Positions 60,086-64,000 of a stretch of 64,000 nt of DNA are shown piece by piece. Below the pieces are notes generated by a model, which was given only the letters and a program-made list of their open reading frames with translations, was not told the origin of the DNA and made no database searches. The stretch lies in assembly GCA_965208325.1 (NCBI GenBank), contig OZ242326.1, forward strand, positions 4,128,001 through 4,192,000, in the 5' to 3' direction. This DNA comes from Candidatus Poribacteria bacterium. GTDB lineage: Bacteria > Poribacteria > WGA-4E > PCPOR2b. Positions within the stretch are counted from its first letter, which is position 1. Each line of letters opens with the position of its first letter. A program made the position numbers and the translations under genes.

Positions 60086-60721
60086 ATGGTGAAATCGCTG
60101 CCGAAGGAAACACGGGGAGAGATTGTTTCTCTTTTGAAAAAGAGCGATGGCATGACTGCGGGCGAAATCGCGACGAAATTAGACCTCCATTCAATGACGG
60201 TTCGTCAGCATCTAACCGTTCTGGAGCGCGAGGGTTATATCCAATACAACCGAGAAAAAATCGGGCGGGGTAGGCCGACGTATGTATATCGCTTAGCAGA
60301 AGAGGCGGCAAGGTTATTTCCGAGCAACTATCCACGATTCACAATGGGAATCTTGGATGCATTAGTTATGGTGGATGGTGCAGAGAAAGTCGACCAGATA
60401 CTTGCTTACGACATGGAAGCAAAGATTTCAACGCACTTTAAAAACATTGAGGAAAAGAGTTTGGAGCGAAGGGTCGAAATGCTCGTTGATTTCTTGAATG
60501 AGGAGGGCTATATGGTTGAGGTTGAAGAAACGCCAACGGCTTTCATCATGAAAGAGCATAATTGTGCACTCGGTTCCGTAGTAGAAAAATACAATCAGCT
60601 CTGTCAGCAAGAACTCTCTCTTTTTGAGAGGTTACTCAGTGTTCCGGTTGAACGGCAATGCCACATGGTTACAGGCGATCACCTTTGCAGCTATAAGATT
60701 TCCAAAGTGGGCAATGCATAG
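60086..60721 (+). CDS. SufR-like winged-HTH metal/Fe-S regulator
   Basis: TVRQHL..L, GRP..Y.L, C-terminal HNC-x12-C plus two more Cys. Confidence 0.8.
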   Translation: MVKSLPKETRGEIVSLLKKSDGMTAGEIATKLDLHSMTVRQHLTVLEREGYIQYNREKIGRGRPTYVYRLAEEAARLFPSNYPRFTMGILDALVMVDGAEKVDQILAYDMEAKISTHFKNIEEKSLERRVEMLVDFLNEEGYMVEVEETPTAFIMKEHNCALGSVVEKYNQLCQQELSLFERLLSVPVERQCHMVTGDHLCSYKISKVGNA

Positions 60722-60786
60722 CGTACGTGAAAACGGCAAACTATACATCACACCGTCCACACTCGCATCTTACAAGGATTATTCTC

Positions 60787-61956
60787 TTACCCCAGTGCTT
60801 GGCGAATCCGATCAAGCGCCTCTTCTAATCGTGCATCGGGAACCGTCAGCGCGACCCGAAAATAGCCTTCACCAAACTCACCGTAAGCTGAACCAGCCGT
60901 AATGACAACCGCCGCCCTCTCAAAGATAAACGTCGCAAAATCGATCGAATTCATCTCATTGGGAGTCGGCAACCAGAGGTAAAATGTCCCCTTTGGCGGC
61001 GCGTAACTTGCCGGGACGACCTCCTTGAAGGTGTTTAGGATTTTCTCACGCCGGCGCGTATATATTTGCAGCATTTGCCCGATGTTATGCTGGCATTGAG
61101 ACAACGCTGCAATGCCAGCATATTGAATAGCGTTAAACACCCCAGAATCGGTATTTTCTTTGACCTTGGCTATTCCTGAAATGAGTTCTTGGTTGCCCAT
61201 CGCCATACCGATTCGCCACCCGGTCATATTGAATGGTTTCGACAGTGAATTGAGTTCAACCCCCACATCTATTGCACCCGGAGTCGATAAAAAACTCAAC
61301 GGCTCAGTATCGTCAAACACGATTTCACTGTAAGGATTATCGTGGCAAATGGCGATGCCGTGTGTTTTTGAAAATTCGACGACCTCGGCGAAGAATTCTG
61401 GAGTCGCGATGGCGCCGGTGGGATTATTCGGGTAATTCAGGAACATCGCCGTCGAGCGTTTAGCTACGTCTGACGGGATATCCGCGAGCCTTGGAAGAAA
61501 CCCGTTATCTACCGTAATAGGCACATTATACGGTTCGGCTTCCGCCATCAGAATGCTCGCGCGGTAAGCCGGATACCCTGGATCTGTCATCAAGACTGTG
61601 TCACCGGGATTGGCAACCGCCAGGATAAAATGGTGGCATCCCTCTTTAGAGCCGATTAAGCCCAACACTTCGCGTTCCGGGTCTAAATCAGCGTTGTATC
61701 TGGCCGCATACCAATCTGCAACGGCACGCCGAAAAGCAAACATTCCCTTTTCTTCGTCCGTTGGATAACGGTGGTTAGCTGCTTCTGCAGCCGATCGATT
61801 GAGTGCGTCAATTACCGGTTGGGGCGTTGGTTCAACCGGATCCCCGACCGCGAGGCTGATGACATCAATTCCCTCGGCTTTTGCCTTGTTGATTTTATTG
61901 CGCAATTCCATGAATAGATAGGGCGGAATCCTCTTTAACCGGTTCGCAATCTGCAT
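60787..61956 (-). CDS. dapL: LL-diaminopimelate aminotransferase
   Basis: PPYLF, GSKEG, NYPNNPTG, SLSKPFNMTGWRIG, GEGYFR. Confidence 0.85.
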   Translation of the reverse strand: MQIANRLKRIPPYLFMELRNKINKAKAEGIDVISLAVGDPVEPTPQPVIDALNRSAAEAANHRYPTDEEKGMFAFRRAVADWYAARYNADLDPEREVLGLIGSKEGCHHFILAVANPGDTVLMTDPGYPAYRASILMAEAEPYNVPITVDNGFLPRLADIPSDVAKRSTAMFLNYPNNPTGAIATPEFFAEVVEFSKTHGIAICHDNPYSEIVFDDTEPLSFLSTPGAIDVGVELNSLSKPFNMTGWRIGMAMGNQELISGIAKVKENTDSGVFNAIQYAGIAALSQCQHNIGQMLQIYTRRREKILNTFKEVVPASYAPPKGTFYLWLPTPNEMNSIDFATFIFERAAVVITAGSAYGEFGEGYFRVALTVPDARLEEALDRIRQALG

Positions 61957-62133
61957 GTTTTCTCCCACAAGTCTGTTGAATTTGGTGTTAGGAAATGGAA
62001 AATTTGCCGTTTTTACTTGATTTTGGCAATTAATACGCCGGATTTTTTGCAAAATAAAACATCACGACATGCCGCAGTGTATTTTAAGGGAAAAGCCGTG
62101 CGTTCTTTTGCATCTGCCCCTGCGAGGCTGAAA

Positions 62134-62976
62134 TCAAATCTCTACGAATTCGGCTTCCACGGAATTTTTGATAATTCCAGATTTGTAGCCGCGACGCAGC
62201 AGTTCTTTGACGCCGGCTCTGCCCTTTTCACCGTAGTCAAGGGTGTAGTCGTTGACATACATACCGACAAATCGATCCGTAAGATTAGTCTCCATGTCAC
62301 GTGCATAGGTCATTGCATACGCCAGTCCCTGTTCACGATGTTCAAGCGCGTATTGGATGCTCTGCTTGAGGAGCGAAGTAATTTGTTGGATGTCCTCGTC
62401 CCCGATATTTCGGCGGATTGCATTAGCGCCTAGCGGAAGCGGCAACCGGGTTTCCTCGAACCACCATTCCCCCAGATCGACAACTTTGCACAATCCTTCG
62501 CGTGAATACGTCAGTTGGCCTTCGTGAATAATTAATCCGGCATCGGCGCGGCCGTCTTGAACATATTGCAAAATTTGGTCGAATCGGACTACTTCGGGTT
62601 GGAAGTCCGGTTGGAAAAGACGCATCGTCAGATAGGCCGTGGTCATCTTGCCGGGAATTGCGATTTTTTTACCGGCAAGTTCTTCACGCGACATGGGTTC
62701 TTTAGAGACGACTAGCGGCCCGTATTGGTCGCCGATGCTTGCGCCGCAGGGCGTCAAAACGTAGTTTTCCGCGACATAAGCGTAAGCGTGAACAGAAATC
62801 GCTGTAACCTCCAATTCCGCATTGAGCGCACGGCAGTTTAAGCTCTCAATGTCTTCAATAACGTGCACAATCTCAAGATTATTGGTAGGGATAAGTCCTT
62901 CGGCGAGGGCATAAAACATGAAGGCATCATCAGAATCTGGGCTGTGACCAATTCGAATTTTTTCGATTTGCCGCAT
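62134..62976 (-). CDS. mqnD: 1,4-dihydroxy-6-naphthoate synthase (futalosine pathway)
   Basis: GHSPDSDDAFMF, IIHEGQLTY, LPLPLG, MYVN. Confidence 0.9.
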   Translation of the reverse strand: MRQIEKIRIGHSPDSDDAFMFYALAEGLIPTNNLEIVHVIEDIESLNCRALNAELEVTAISVHAYAYVAENYVLTPCGASIGDQYGPLVVSKEPMSREELAGKKIAIPGKMTTAYLTMRLFQPDFQPEVVRFDQILQYVQDGRADAGLIIHEGQLTYSREGLCKVVDLGEWWFEETRLPLPLGANAIRRNIGDEDIQQITSLLKQSIQYALEHREQGLAYAMTYARDMETNLTDRFVGMYVNDYTLDYGEKGRAGVKELLRRGYKSGIIKNSVEAEFVEI

Positions 62977-63052
62977 ATTTTCTCCGATTTGACTCCAGAA
63001 TGTTTGAAAGTTTCGTAATTTTCGTGACGTTAAAATTTGATTATCCGAGTTG

Positions 63053-63081
63053 ATTATAGCAAACGGAGAAAATCGTGTCAA
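63053..63081 (-). promoter_or_regulatory. Consensus sigma70 promoter for mqnD-dapL
   Basis: TTGACA-17-TATAAT, perfect consensus with TG. Confidence 0.75.
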
Positions 63082-63232
63082 GACTCAACCGGACCGGAAC
63101 GAAGACCGAGATGCTTAGCGTTGACAAAATCTATTTGGATGTGCCAAAATATCGAAAATCGACATAGCATTCGGCGTTCTCTGCCGATTGAACGCTGTGC
63201 GTCGAGAAAAGGACAGATGGGTAAAAAGTAAA

Positions 63233-63802
63233 ATGAAAATCTACACAAAAACGGGCGACACAGGCGATACAGGACTTTATGGCGGGCAGCGGATCTCCAA
63301 GGACGCCAAGCGTGTAGAGGCGTTCGGTACGATTGATGAACTCAATGCTTGCATCGGATTTGCGGAATCGCAGATTGGAGACGGAGAGATTGGCACAATC
63401 CTAGCTGGCATTCAGAGCGAGCTCTTCGATCTCGGCGCAGATCTCGCGACGCCGGATGCACACCGAAGAGCGGAAGGTCTGAGAATTACTTCAGATTTGA
63501 CGGCTTCGTTGGAGAAAATGATAGATAGATTTCAAGAAATACTGCCGCCTATGACGCATTTTATTTTGCCAGGCGGGGCCAAGGGCGGCGCCGGGCTGCA
63601 CCTCGCTCGAACGGTGTGCCGGCGCGGCGAGCGCTGCGTTGTCAGCCTTGCAAAAACGGAATCCGTTAACCCAGAAATCTTGCGTTACTTGAACCGGCTT
63701 TCAGATTTTTTGTTCGTGCTTGCCCGCGTGGTGAATCACCGCGGCGGGATACCTGAATCAATTTGGCGGTCCCAGTTAGAGCGAGTTAAAGATGAACCGT
63801 GA
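63233..63802 (+). CDS. pduO: PduO-type cob(I)alamin adenosyltransferase
   Basis: MKIYTKTGDTG, GTIDELN, FILPGG, RTVCRR.ER, YLNRLSD. Confidence 0.93.
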   Translation: MKIYTKTGDTGDTGLYGGQRISKDAKRVEAFGTIDELNACIGFAESQIGDGEIGTILAGIQSELFDLGADLATPDAHRRAEGLRITSDLTASLEKMIDRFQEILPPMTHFILPGGAKGGAGLHLARTVCRRGERCVVSLAKTESVNPEILRYLNRLSDFLFVLARVVNHRGGIPESIWRSQLERVKDEP

Positions 63803-64000
63803 GTACTGTTTAATCTTTATCGGTTTGGGCGCCGATTTGACCGAGGCGAACATATCGAAATTGCGGCATGTAAAGCCATGGTTCACCCACTCTTTAACAG
63901 CCCCGAAAATTGCACAAATTTGGATAGTTCGATGACAGTCTGGGGAGCGGAAATCTCTTCTCCAGCGAGTTGCATCGCAAAAAGGTGGTCGCATAAGCGT

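Noticed and set aside
199..63231. Many 60-200 aa ORFs antisense to or overlapping the called genes
   Set aside because: Shadow ORFs with no motifs
1..64000. CRISPR array, tRNA or rRNA genes
   Set aside because: No tandem repeat-spacer array, cas gene, cloverleaf or rRNA motif seen; the REP-like copies are dispersed
63776..64000. Short ORFs at the window end
   Set aside because: May include the 3' end of a minus-strand gene, but there is too little sequence to assign

Overview
Bacterial chromosomal window of about 50% GC. It is probably from Candidatus Poribacteria; this is an inference from four secreted LamG-type proteins that share a C-terminal 'AVxxxxK(L/I)xx(T/K)WxxL(K/R)' tail. Most of it is housekeeping and envelope genes: polX, rhomboid-TPR, UPF0182, an NtrC-family regulator, GT9/GT1/GT2 glycosyltransferases, ggt, recQ, two sigma70-family factors, queF, hflKC, lipA, nfuA, a SufR-like regulator, dapL, mqnD and pduO. 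Accessory material includes an Nmad3-fusion/DUF4268/AlkB cluster, a BsuBI/PstI-type restriction-modification pair, an intact ISL3 with inverted repeats and an 8-bp target duplication, and an M23 peptidase remnant. The most notable unannotated signals are: (1) a dispersed ~100-nt REP-like element with conserved termini and unrelated cores of near-constant length, often in inverted pairs; (2) a TlpA-like lipoprotein split by an in-frame UGA (UxxC) with a SECIS-like hairpin, i.e. a probable selenoprotein; (3) a structured ~200-270 nt ncRNA candidate bounded by a promoter and terminator upstream of a polymerase-degenerate PolX; (4) a shared C-terminal tail on the LamG proteins, plus a PorV-like/FlgD-Ig locus; (5) a LamG gene with a sigma54 promoter flanked by 12-bp inverted repeats. 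All family assignments are by eye from motifs; no searches were run.
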